A stretch of DNA of 64,000 nt from a virus: positions 18,319 to 82,318 of IMG/VR virus record IMGVR_UViG_2902247982_000002. The stretch is one strand, 5' to 3'. The stretch's first letter is position 1, and each line of letters starts with the position of its first letter. The position numbers and the translations under genes are program-made. A model generated the notes under the pieces. That model was not told the origin of the DNA, did not search any database, and saw nothing but the letters and a program-made list of their open reading frames with translations. Below are positions 36,310 through 45,188 of the stretch, piece by piece.

Positions 36310-37022
36310 AGCCTGAACCCCACCCAAAAAACGCGGCCGATGATCTCGATCTCAGGGTCGTCGAAGTTCAGGTGCATGTCCTCATAGCCTCCGGCGATGT
36401 TCTCTGGGCGCGCGATGAAGCCGCCGTTGCCCTTGTAGAGCCGCTTCACCAACAAGTCTTCGTGATGCTTGAAGGCGTAGACCTTCCCATCAATTATCGA
36501 AGTAGCCCCCCGGTTGACGAGGATGGTCGAACCATCCGGGATCAGCGGTTCCATGCTGACGCCTCGAACGGATACGGAAACCGTTTGCTCTGGAGAGGCG
36601 CCTGCAGCGCGCAGGAAGTCCACGCGGAACGATAGCCGGCTGAGTTCGTCTTCCGATACGACGATCTCGCCATGTCCGGCAGACACTCGCACATCAAGCC
36701 GCCGAATGGGAATGAACTCTGCTGCGTCTGGATCATCGCCAGGTGCGGCAGCGACGATCTGGCCCATCTCTTTCGCCAGGCGCGGGCTGAACTCGGCCAC
36801 GTCAACGCCCATCGCCTTTGCGAACTTGGCCGCCACCTTGACGTTCAGCGGACTGCCGGCATTGAGGTACTGCCACACCATGCCCTGAGTGCCGATGTCG
36901 TGTTCGGCGCCGAAGGAGGCTTGCGACATTTTGACCCGTTCCGTGAACAGGCGTTTTAGGGCGGCCGCCTCTTCAATGTGGACGGGTTCAATCTTGGCTT
37001 TACGGGTGGGCGAGCGGGGCAT
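36306..37022 (-). CDS. cI: CI-like repressor (HTH + S24 peptidase)
   Basis: HTH SQASFG...TQGMVWQYL; Ala-Gly site VSAGHG; catalytic VSMEP and VKRL. Confidence 0.93.
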   Translation of the reverse strand: MPRSPTRKAKIEPVHIEEAAALKRLFTERVKMSQASFGAEHDIGTQGMVWQYLNAGSPLNVKVAAKFAKAMGVDVAEFSPRLAKEMGQIVAAAPGDDPDAAEFIPIRRLDVRVSAGHGEIVVSEDELSRLSFRVDFLRAAGASPEQTVSVSVRGVSMEPLIPDGSTILVNRGATSIIDGKVYAFKHHEDLLVKRLYKGNGGFIARPENIAGGYEDMHLNFDDPEIEIIGRVFWVGFRL

Positions 37023-37030
37023 GGGCGGAT

Positions 37031-37097
37031 ATTAGCGGCTCTATTATCGGTGGCAACGAGTGGCGCTATTGACTGGAATGACTAGCGCCACTATTAT
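37031..37097. promoter_or_regulatory. OR operators with PR and PRM promoters
   Basis: ATTAGCGGCTCTATT at 37031, ACGAGTGGCGCTATT at 37056, ACTAGCGCCACTATT at 37081 (25-bp period); PR TTGACT-17-TATTAT. Confidence 0.88.
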
Positions 37098-37103
37098 TTG
37101 GCT

Positions 37104-37346
37104 ATGAACGCCATCTATGCCATCCGAAAGCAGTTGGGAGTGACCCAGGCCGCGCTTGCCGCAGGCATTGGTGTCACGCAGGGCAACGTCTACCTCTACG
37201 AGAAGAAAGGCCAGACAGTGCCCCCGCTCGTCGCGGGGAGGCTGATCGAGTACGCAGCCACGCTCGGCGTCACGTTGACCTTTGATCAGATCTACCGGCC
37301 CGAACTGGCCACGCCCGCAGCGGCCCAGGAGCCGAGCCATGTGTGA
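37104..37346 (+). CDS. cro: Cro-like HTH protein
   Basis: IRKQLGVTQAALAAGIGVTQGNV HTH; divergent from cI. Confidence 0.88.
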   Translation: MNAIYAIRKQLGVTQAALAAGIGVTQGNVYLYEKKGQTVPPLVAGRLIEYAATLGVTLTFDQIYRPELATPAAAQEPSHV

Positions 37347-37399
37347 TCCAGACCCGCAAGACAACCGCATCCCGATAGGTCCGCTCGATGTGTAGCGCA

Positions 37400-37573
37400 T
37401 CAATGCACCGTCGCGCCGACGCGGTCGTCGGTGGCCCAGGCCATGCGGTCGCGCTCGGCGCGCAGCTCTTCAAAGATGGCCATGACGGCCGCTTCGGACG
37501 GGTCGACGAAGGTGCGGCGGGCCATGTCCTGGGCGGTGATCAGCAGCTTTTCGGTTTCGGTCAGATTTTTCAT
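37400..37573 (-). CDS. Small hypothetical protein, antisense to PR operon
   Basis: 57-aa helical-looking ORF filling the cro-cII gap. Confidence 0.5.
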   Translation of the reverse strand: MKNLTETEKLLITAQDMARRTFVDPSEAAVMAIFEELRAERDRMAWATDDRVGATVH

Positions 37574-37638
37574 GCCGCCAGTGTGCGCGGTGCCGCATGC
37601 ACATGCATGCATATCTTTTTGAACAAGGTTGAACGCAA

Positions 37639-37947
37639 ATGAACGCGCCTGCATCGGTGCAATTTCACGTTCCCAAGCCCTCGATGGAGCAGGCGTTTCG
37701 GAACGCCCTGACCAACCCTAAGACGTGCGGCCTGATGCGCGATCGGCTGGGGTGGGATGCCAGCCAGGTGAGCAAATTCCTGTCCGGCCAGATGGGCGTA
37801 ACGATCGAAAAGGTCGATGCGGCCATCGAGGCGCTGGGCATGGTCGTCACCACGCCCGCCTACATGGACTTCCTGGCCTACGGCGCCAAGATCGGCGCGA
37901 GCTGCCATTGCGCGCGTGCCGGCATGGGCGAGTGCGGGACGAGATAG
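37639..37947 (+). CDS. CII-like regulator
   Basis: LGWDASQVSKFLSG HTH; position after cro. Confidence 0.7.
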   Translation: MNAPASVQFHVPKPSMEQAFRNALTNPKTCGLMRDRLGWDASQVSKFLSGQMGVTIEKVDAAIEALGMVVTTPAYMDFLAYGAKIGASCHCARAGMGECGTR

Positions 37948-37949
37948 CC

Positions 37950-38405
37950 ATGCGCCAGCGCCTGCACAACCCCCGCACCTTCCTGCTGGTCGGCGCCAGC
38001 CAACAGGCCGCGGCCCAGACGTTCCTGGCCAACTTGCCGCTGGACGCCGACGAGCCGCTGGAAGTGGTGGTGCGCGAGCGCGTCAAGCCGCGCAAGATGA
38101 GCCAGAACGCCCTGATGTGGGTCGGCCCGCTGGCTGACATCGCGGAACAGGCCTGGGTGCATGGCAAGCGCTTCACGGCCGAGGCCTGGCACGAGCATTT
38201 CAAGCGCGAATTCCTGCCCGAGGAGTTCGACCCCGAGCTGTGTCTCGATGGCTACGTGAAGTGGCAGATCACCCCGCGCGGCGACCGCGCGCTGGTGGGC
38301 AGCACCACCATGCTGACCGTCAAGGGCATGGCCCAGTACCTGACCCAGGTTGAGGCCGCCGGCGCCGAGCTGGGCGTCGAGTTCCGGACGCGAGAGGCCC
38401 GCTGA
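37950..38405 (+). CDS. ninB: NinB-family recombination protein
   Basis: R...QNALMW..LADIA.Q..HGKR...E.W pattern. Confidence 0.8.
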   Translation: MRQRLHNPRTFLLVGASQQAAAQTFLANLPLDADEPLEVVVRERVKPRKMSQNALMWVGPLADIAEQAWVHGKRFTAEAWHEHFKREFLPEEFDPELCLDGYVKWQITPRGDRALVGSTTMLTVKGMAQYLTQVEAAGAELGVEFRTREAR

Positions 38406-38803
38406 TGCTGCGCCGCTCCGAACTCAAGCGCAAGACGCCGATGGCGCGGGGCTCGACACCCCTGTCGAGGTCCACATTCAAGCGCCGCGCGCCGAAGAAG
38501 CGCGCCGGCCACGAACCGAAGTACCTGGCCGCCTGCCGCGGCGAGCCTTGCTACCTCCAGATCCCGGGCGTTTGCCGTGGTGAGCGCGACACCGTGGTGC
38601 CGTGTCACGCGAACTGGAGCGACTACGGCAAGGGCATGGGCATCAAGGCCCCCGACATTTACACCGTTCCTGGCTGCGCGCGCTGTCACTTTTGCCTTGA
38701 CCAGGGTGTGACCCTGACCAAGGCCGAGAAGCGCGCGACCTGGGAATGGGCTTACACACGCTGGTCCGCCGCGCGCGCCAGCAAGCTTCAGGAGGCGGCA
38801 TGA
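38405..38803 (+). CDS. DUF1364/YbcO-like nuclease-fold protein
   Basis: RGEPCYLQIPGVC, TVVPCH, GKGMGIK, CARCH. Confidence 0.8.
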   Translation: MLRRSELKRKTPMARGSTPLSRSTFKRRAPKKRAGHEPKYLAACRGEPCYLQIPGVCRGERDTVVPCHANWSDYGKGMGIKAPDIYTVPGCARCHFCLDQGVTLTKAEKRATWEWAYTRWSAARASKLQEAA

Positions 38804-39684
38804 GCCACCAAGCCGTCGAATGGGCGCTCAGCCAGCCCATCAGCCACGCCCCAGCCAAGCAGATCCTGACGGTGATGGCGCACTATGCGCACAAGGATCA
38901 GCGGCCCTGGACTGCCTATCCGTCCGTCACGCAGTTGGCCCGCGACACCGGTCAAGACCGAAAGACGATCCTGGCCAACTTGGTTCGCTTGGTCGAATGC
39001 GGCGCGCTGCGCGACACCGGCGAACGTGCGGGCATGACCAAATCGGTCACGGTCTACGAGCTTTCGGAGCCCACAAGCGATACCAAAACTGGTACTGCTT
39101 CGAGAGCCAATAGCGGTACCAAAACCGGTACCGCTTCCAACCCCGAAGCTGTCCCAAAACTGGAACTGCTAAGCAGTACCGAAACTGGGACATCTTCGGG
39201 CGATGGAAGCAGTACCAGTTTTTCCGGAAGCAGTACCAGTTTTTCCGAGAAGCAGTCCCAAAATCCACCTGAAGCAGTACCAGTTTTCCCTACAGAACAG
39301 GTAGAACAGGTATTAGGAACAGGTATAGGAACAGGTAATCGCGCACCTGCGCGAGCCCCCTCCGAAAAGGTCCAACGCAAGACCAAGTTGCCGGACGGCT
39401 TTGGGATCTCCGAACGCGTCCGACGCTGGGCCGCGGAGAAGGGCCACGCCTACCTGGACCGACACCTCGAGCACTTCATCGGCAGCGCCAAAGCGCGGGG
39501 CTACACCTACGTCGACTGGGACGAAGCCCTGATGAACGCCATCCGCTCGAACTGGGCGAAGGTGCCGGTTGCCAACACCCGCCCCGGCTCCGGCTTACCT
39601 CCAGCAGACCCATCCGCCATCAACGCGCAGGCCAAGCGCATGCTGCTGGCGCGCCGCCAGCAACAGGAGATCATCGATGTCTGA
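38800..39684 (+). CDS. Replication initiator (lambda O-like, N-terminal HTH)
   Basis: AYPSVTQLARDTG HTH; internal iterons. Confidence 0.85.
   Translation: MSHQAVEWALSQPISHAPAKQILTVMAHYAHKDQRPWTAYPSVTQLARDTGQDRKTILANLVRLVECGALRDTGERAGMTKSVTVYELSEPTSDTKTGTASRANSGTKTGTASNPEAVPKLELLSSTETGTSSGDGSSTSFSGSSTSFSEKQSQNPPEAVPVFPTEQVEQVLGTGIGTGNRAPARAPSEKVQRKTKLPDGFGISERVRRWAAEKGHAYLDRHLEHFIGSAKARGYTYVDWDEALMNAIRSNWAKVPVANTRPGSGLPPADPSAINAQAKRMLLARRQQQEIIDV
39078..39290. repeat. Iteron cluster, probable replication origin
   Basis: TACCAAAACTGGTACTGCTTC-like units and AAGCAGTACCAGTTTT(T)CC units in both orientations. Confidence 0.8.
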
Positions 39685-40447
39685 TGACGATTTCGACGCC
39701 TTCATGGCGCTGCTGGACGACGTTGCCGCGCTTCGGCAACTGCCTGTGCTGAGCGACCGTGCCAAGCTGCTGTTCTTCGACGCGGTGCGCCGGTACCCGC
39801 TGCACATCGTCGAGAAGGCCATCCAAGCCCACTTGATCGACCCGGTGGAAGGCCGGTTCAAGACCATGGTGCAGCCTGCGCACATCGTCGCGCAGATCGA
39901 GGGCGCCGCAGCCAACGACGGCCGGCCCGACGCAGACGAGGCATGGGCCATCGCCATGCGTGCCGACGACGAAGCGGTCACGGTGGTCTGGACCGACGAG
40001 ATCAGCCAGGCGCTCACCGCTGCGCGGCCGGTGCTGGCCCGCGGTGATGAAGTCGGCGCCCGCATGGCGTTCAAAGCGGCATACGGCCGGCTGCTGACGC
40101 AGGCCCGCAAGGAACTGCGTCCGGTCCGCTGGGTGGCATCCCTGGGACATGACCTCGCGCAGCGCGAGGCCGTCTTGCAGCACGCCGTGGATCTGGGCCA
40201 ACTGCCCGCACCGCACGTGGCCGGCCTGCTGCCGCCGCCGGGGGCCGAGTTCGGCGCTCCCGACGACGAGGTCGCGGCCGAGAACATCCGCAAGCTGCAC
40301 CAGATGCTGGCCAAGGCCATCACGCCGTCCGAGAAGCGCCGGCGCGCCGCCGAAGAGGCCAGCCTGGCCGAGCGCAACCGCCTCGACGCCCTCAAGGCGC
40401 AGACGGCGGCCAAGGTCGCCCAGCACCAGCAAGGGGCCCGGGCATGA
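39677..40447 (+). CDS. Replication accessory protein (helicase loader-like)
   Basis: Follows initiator; PAHIVAQI...RPDADEAW pattern. Confidence 0.65.
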   Translation: MSDDDFDAFMALLDDVAALRQLPVLSDRAKLLFFDAVRRYPLHIVEKAIQAHLIDPVEGRFKTMVQPAHIVAQIEGAAANDGRPDADEAWAIAMRADDEAVTVVWTDEISQALTAARPVLARGDEVGARMAFKAAYGRLLTQARKELRPVRWVASLGHDLAQREAVLQHAVDLGQLPAPHVAGLLPPPGAEFGAPDDEVAAENIRKLHQMLAKAITPSEKRRRAAEEASLAERNRLDALKAQTAAKVAQHQQGARA

Positions 40448-40920
40448 GCAGCTACGCCGAAGCCAGCGCCGCCGTGGGCGGCACCGAACCCGGAGGCTAC
40501 GGCCTGTGCGCTGCCTTCGGCTGCTGCCTGCCGGGCACGATGACCGCCAGCACCCAGGGCGGCAAGGATTGGCATTGCCGCCTGCACTTCGGAGCGCCGC
40601 GCTCGGAGTTCGACGACATCAGCGCGCGCGTCCAGAACCGCAAGGCTCTGTTCACCGCCGCCTACTGGCTGGTGAATCGCCCGAAGGGCGACACCGTCAG
40701 CCGCAAGGTGCGCGATCGCATCAAAGCCCTGGGCCGCGCCGACCTGCTGGAGAAGGTGCCCAGCGTGCGCGGCGTCACCGCCTACCACCTGGGCGTCCAT
40801 ATGCTCCGCGTCCTGGGCGACGAATGCCGCCAGCCCCAGGAACACATGGGCACCCCGAAACTCGCCGGCCAGGGGACGACCTGGCTGGACCAAAACCAAC
40901 CCGAGGAAATCGACGCATGA
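40444..40920 (+). CDS. Hypothetical Cys-rich protein
   Basis: CAAFGC...WHCRLH; ATGA-coupled. Confidence 0.65.
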   Translation: MSSYAEASAAVGGTEPGGYGLCAAFGCCLPGTMTASTQGGKDWHCRLHFGAPRSEFDDISARVQNRKALFTAAYWLVNRPKGDTVSRKVRDRIKALGRADLLEKVPSVRGVTAYHLGVHMLRVLGDECRQPQEHMGTPKLAGQGTTWLDQNQPEEIDA

Positions 40921-41510
40921 AAGAGCCCGTTCACGTCGCCGACGACATGGCGGCATTCCTTGACGACCTGCGCGTGTCGCAGCGTTACCCGCTGCAGCAG
41001 GCCACCTGGTCCGCGAACCTGGGCGAGATGTTCTCGCGCATCCGCCGCGCCTACCGGCAATTCCAGGTGCGAGTCGACGCCGGCCTGGAAAGCTGGGATG
41101 GCGAAAACCAGTATTCCGTCGGCGACTGGGTGCTGATCTTTTCGCCGATCGAGCAGGAGGCCTGGTATCACATCCGCCGCGCCGGCCTGCCCATGTGGCC
41201 GCAGTTGCCTGTCGCCGGCTTCTTCGTCGACTTCGGCAATCCCATCGCCAAGGTGGCCTTGGAATGCGACGGCGCGCAGTTCCACGATGCCCGCAAAGAC
41301 GCGGCGCGCGACCGGAAGCTGGCCGCCCTCGGCTGGACGGTCTACCGCGTGCCTGGCTGGCAGTGCCTGCGCGATGTGGAGTTGCCGGCCGGCTACGACG
41401 ACATGCACCCGGACGACCGCCAGCAGATTCTGCACGAGGCCCGCGCCAAGACCATTCTGCCGGTGATTGACCAACTGGCCCGCCACTTCCCCGCCAAGGA
41501 AACCATCTGA
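40917..41510 (+). CDS. DUF559/Vsr-like endonuclease
   Basis: SPIE, FFVDF, ALECDGAQFH, DAARDRKL...GWTVYR. Confidence 0.85.
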   Translation: MKEPVHVADDMAAFLDDLRVSQRYPLQQATWSANLGEMFSRIRRAYRQFQVRVDAGLESWDGENQYSVGDWVLIFSPIEQEAWYHIRRAGLPMWPQLPVAGFFVDFGNPIAKVALECDGAQFHDARKDAARDRKLAALGWTVYRVPGWQCLRDVELPAGYDDMHPDDRQQILHEARAKTILPVIDQLARHFPAKETI

Positions 41511-42256
41511 TGACCTCTTCACAGAACCTCACGGACGCCTACGACCCGATGGCCGGCACACTGGCCAGGACGGCGATGCAGTGCCAGGCCCGCGGCTGCG
41601 ACGGCTGCCTTGTGTGCAGGTCGGCCGGCGCCGAGCAGGTGGTGCAGGAGCGCTACAAAACCGCAGGTGGTGCAGGTGCCACGCCGGACAGCTTCGCACG
41701 CGCGGAAGACACCGCCGACCCCTGGGCCCGGCCGGAACTTGCCAACTTGCGCAATTCGTCAAGTTCGGCCCCCGGCGCGGCGCCGGCGCTGAACGTCAAC
41801 ATCCTGGCGCTGGATCTGGGCACGAAGACTGGCTATGCGCTGCGCCGGCGCGATGGCGCCATGCGCTACGGCACCATGGATTTCACCCCGCGGAAGTCCT
41901 GGACGCCCGGGCAGCGCTGGGCCCGATTCCGCAGCTGGCTGGCCGACATGGTTGCCACCTTTCAGATCGACGCTGTGGTGTACGAGCGTGTCGTCTTCGG
42001 CCACAGCAGCGCGGCGTCGTCTGACGTCTACGGCGGGTTCAAGGCACTGGTGGAGCTGGCCGCCGACACGCACAGCCTGACGCTGTCCAGCGTGGCAGTG
42101 CCGACGGTCAAGAAGCATTTCACGGGCAGTGGGCGCGCCGACAAGGACGCCATGATGGCCCAGGCACGCCGCCTGGGGTTCAACCCGGACAGCCACAACT
42201 CGGCGGATGCGCTCGCGATTCTCTCGTGGGCGGTGGAACAGGAGCGCAAAGCATGA
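41510..42256 (+). CDS. RuvC-like Holliday junction resolvase with N-terminal extension
   Basis: ILALDLGTKTGYA, VVYE, TVKKHFTGSGRADK, ADALAI. Confidence 0.85.
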   Translation: MTSSQNLTDAYDPMAGTLARTAMQCQARGCDGCLVCRSAGAEQVVQERYKTAGGAGATPDSFARAEDTADPWARPELANLRNSSSSAPGAAPALNVNILALDLGTKTGYALRRRDGAMRYGTMDFTPRKSWTPGQRWARFRSWLADMVATFQIDAVVYERVVFGHSSAASSDVYGGFKALVELAADTHSLTLSSVAVPTVKKHFTGSGRADKDAMMAQARRLGFNPDSHNSADALAILSWAVEQERKA

Positions 42257-42759
42257 GCAACCCGAACCAGGGCGCCGCGACCCGCGCGCGCAACGAAGAG
42301 ATCGAGCGCCGGCTCACCGCTGGCGAGAGCGGCCCGGCGCTGGCCGCAGCCTTCGGCATCACCCAGCCGCGCGTGCACCAGATCGCGCGGGCTGTCCGTG
42401 AGGCCCGGGGAGAACTGGGGCCGAAGGCCAAGCCCGGCCCGCGCATCCGGCCGCGCCTGCGCAAGGTCGAGCTGGGCCTGTGGCTGTGCGCCGGCGGCGG
42501 TGTGGAGCGCCGCGGGGAGACGCATTGGGAGGCATACAACCGCTGGCTGAAAGCCTCCCTGGCTGCCCACGGCGCCGAGCATGCAGCACCCCAGGTGCCA
42601 AAGACGGCCGAGCCGGAGAAGCCCTACGCCGGCCCGGTCACGGTCGTGCCTGGCACCAAGGTGGCGCCGCGCGCGCTGACGTTGCCGCCGGCCATGCGAT
42701 TCGCCATGGAGCGCGCGGGCCTGGCGCAGGGCCACCTGCTCACCCTGGGCGAGGCCTGA
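42253..42759 (+). CDS. HTH protein, possible late regulator
   Basis: RNEEI...GES...LAAAFGITQPRVHQI. Confidence 0.65.
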   Translation: MSNPNQGAATRARNEEIERRLTAGESGPALAAAFGITQPRVHQIARAVREARGELGPKAKPGPRIRPRLRKVELGLWLCAGGGVERRGETHWEAYNRWLKASLAAHGAEHAAPQVPKTAEPEKPYAGPVTVVPGTKVAPRALTLPPAMRFAMERAGLAQGHLLTLGEA

Positions 42760-42761
42760 CC

Positions 42762-43061
42762 ATGGACCGCCTGCTCGACGTCGACGCCTTCCCGGTCGGT
42801 ATGCGGGTCGTCACCCCGACAGGCCGCTTGGGCGTTGTCGTCGCGCACAAAGGGGCTCACTCAAAGCGCGACGAGCATGAGCGATGCGTCGTTCGCTTCA
42901 CGGGGAGGCGCGGCGGTGGCCGGGATCGCGGCACCGTCGAGTTGCTGCCGAACCTGCTGAAACACGCCAGCGAAGGCACGCAGCTGGAATTTAACTTCGA
43001 GGAACATCCGCCATATGGCCAAATCACCGCTTACGCCCAAGGTTCTCCGCTTCATCGATGA
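42762..43061 (+). CDS. Hypothetical SH3-like protein
   Basis: FPVGMRVVTPTGRLGVV; GAGG RBS. Confidence 0.55.
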   Translation: MDRLLDVDAFPVGMRVVTPTGRLGVVVAHKGAHSKRDEHERCVVRFTGRRGGGRDRGTVELLPNLLKHASEGTQLEFNFEEHPPYGQITAYAQGSPLHR

Positions 43062-43788
43062 GTACCTGATTGACCTGAATGGCGCGGCCGCCGCCAAGCG
43101 GGCAGGGTACAGCGCCAGGACGGCCAAGGAGATCGCCTACGAGCTGCTCGGCAAGCCGGCGGTGGCCGAAGCGATCGCCGCCGCGAAGGCCGCGCGCGCC
43201 GCTCGGGTGGAAGTGGACCAGGACGCCATCCTGCGCAAGCTGCTGGCGGCCGTCCACACCGACCGCAACGGCCTGACCCAGTACCGCCGGATCTGCTGCC
43301 GGTACTGCCATGGCGAGGGCCACCGCTACCAGCGCACCACCGGGGAAATGGAGCGCGACCGCGCCCAGCACCGAGAGAAGCTGGCAGCGCACAAGGCCGA
43401 CAAGAAGAAGCCCAACCCCGGGCGGTTCGACCCGCAGGGCGGTATCGGCTACCACAAGCTCCGCGACCCGCACCCTGATTGCCCGGAGTGCTTCGGCGAG
43501 GGCATCGGCGAGACGTTCGTCCAGGACACGCGCAACCTGACCCCCGAGCAGGCGGCGATCTTCGACGGCGTCGAGCAGACGCGCGAAGGCCTGCGCATCA
43601 AGACGTTTGACCTGGGCCGCGCCACCGAGCTGGCGATGCGCCACGCCGGCATGCTCCACGATAAGGTCGACCACACCACCAAGGGCGAGAAGCTGCCCAG
43701 CGGGGTTCAGGCCGGCGTGCTGCTGGTGCCCAGTTCTATGTCCCTGGAAGAGTGGGAAGCTGCCGCGGCGAAGGAGGCCGGCCGATGA
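43015..43788 (+). CDS. terS: Terminase small subunit with Zn-finger insert
   Basis: FIDEYLIDLNG..AAKRAGYS; CRYCHG...CPECFGEG. Confidence 0.9.
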   Translation: MAKSPLTPKVLRFIDEYLIDLNGAAAAKRAGYSARTAKEIAYELLGKPAVAEAIAAAKAARAARVEVDQDAILRKLLAAVHTDRNGLTQYRRICCRYCHGEGHRYQRTTGEMERDRAQHREKLAAHKADKKKPNPGRFDPQGGIGYHKLRDPHPDCPECFGEGIGETFVQDTRNLTPEQAAIFDGVEQTREGLRIKTFDLGRATELAMRHAGMLHDKVDHTTKGEKLPSGVQAGVLLVPSSMSLEEWEAAAAKEAGR

Positions 43789-45188
43789 CGCGACCGCCCG
43801 TCGTATGGCGCCCGAATCCAGGCGCGCAAGTGTCCTTCCTGACTTGCCCGGTATTCGAGGCCCTGCTGGAGGGGAATCGGGGCGGTGGCAAGACCGATGC
43901 GCTCCTGATGTCGTTTGCCCAGCACGTGGGCCGTGGCTATGGCGAGCACTGGCGCGGAGCGCTGTTCCGCCTCACCTATCCGCAGCTGGCGGACGTGGTT
44001 GCTAAGTCCCGGCGATGGTTTCGCCGCATCTTCCCCGAGGCGCGCTTCAACAAATCGGCATACGAGTGGACCTGGCCCACAGGGGAGGCGCTGCTGCTTC
44101 GCTATGGTGAGACCGAGGAGGATTACTGGAACTACCACGGGCACGAATACCCCTGGCTCGGCTTCGAGGAACTGACAAACTGGGGCAGCTTGGGCTTCTA
44201 CGAGTCCATGCACTCGACGTGCCGATCCTCACACCCTGACGTGCCGCGCATAGTGCGCGCGACATGCAACCCCTTCGGTCGCGGACACGCCGCGGTGAAA
44301 GAGCGCTTCCGGCTGGGAACAGGCGGCACGCCGCCAGGCGTGGTGATCCGTGAGGAGGGCCAGCGGCCGCGCGTGCGCATCCATTCGGACCTGGCCGAGA
44401 ATTCTGTGCTGCTGTCGGCCGAGCCCGAATACCGCAACACCTTCGCTGGCATCCGCGATCCGAACAGGCGCCGAGCGTGGCTGGACGGGGATTGGGATAT
44501 CCACGTCGGCTCGTTCCTCGAAGGCGTTTGGGATGCTGGCTCGTGCGTTGTGGCGCCTTTCCCGATCCCCTCGAGCTGGAAGGTGTGGAAATCGATGGAC
44601 TGGGGCTATGCCCGCCCATATGCCGTGTACTGGCTCGCCATGGATCACGACGGTTGCATTTACATCTGGCGGGAGCTATACGGCGCCGGCGAGGGCGAAA
44701 ACACGGGCACCCGGGAGTCGGCGGCCGAAGTTGCCCGCAAAGTCATTCGGGTGGAGGAGCACGACCAGCGTCTGGGCTACGAGTACCGCTTGAACCTTGC
44801 GGACCCTTCCATCTTCTCGAAGATCGGCGGCGACCGCTCCATCGGGCAGATTTTCCGCGAGACCGGCGTTCGGTGGCAGGAGGCGTGGAACGGCCCGCGC
44901 TCGCGCGTGAACGGCGCGCAGGAGATCGTCCGCCTGCTGAGCGAGGGGAAGCTGAAGGTGTTTTCCTCCTGTAAGCACCTGATCCGCACGGTGCCTGCGC
45001 TGCCGCCGGACCATCTGAATCCGGAGGATGTCGACAGCGACGCGGAGGATCACGCCTGGGATGCACTTCGGTATGGGGTGATGCGCCGGCGCCGCACTCC
45101 TGAGGAGCAAGATCAACAAAAATCCGGCGATCCAGAGGAACAGACGCAGACTGATGCCCACGGAAATCACCGGATCCATGTGCAATGA
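43785..45188 (+). CDS. terL: Terminase large subunit
   Basis: GNRGGGKT, LGFEEL, ATCNP, SMDWG, DHAWDALRY. Confidence 0.93.
   Translation: MTRPPVVWRPNPGAQVSFLTCPVFEALLEGNRGGGKTDALLMSFAQHVGRGYGEHWRGALFRLTYPQLADVVAKSRRWFRRIFPEARFNKSAYEWTWPTGEALLLRYGETEEDYWNYHGHEYPWLGFEELTNWGSLGFYESMHSTCRSSHPDVPRIVRATCNPFGRGHAAVKERFRLGTGGTPPGVVIREEGQRPRVRIHSDLAENSVLLSAEPEYRNTFAGIRDPNRRRAWLDGDWDIHVGSFLEGVWDAGSCVVAPFPIPSSWKVWKSMDWGYARPYAVYWLAMDHDGCIYIWRELYGAGEGENTGTRESAAEVARKVIRVEEHDQRLGYEYRLNLADPSIFSKIGGDRSIGQIFRETGVRWQEAWNGPRSRVNGAQEIVRLLSEGKLKVFSSCKHLIRTVPALPPDHLNPEDVDSDAEDHAWDALRYGVMRRRRTPEEQDQQKSGDPEEQTQTDAHGNHRIHVQ

Noticed and set aside
40917..42256. Nucleases as a restriction or defence system
   Set aside because: Vsr-like and RuvC-like genes are coupled within the nin/replication operon with typical composition; ordinary phage DNA-processing genes
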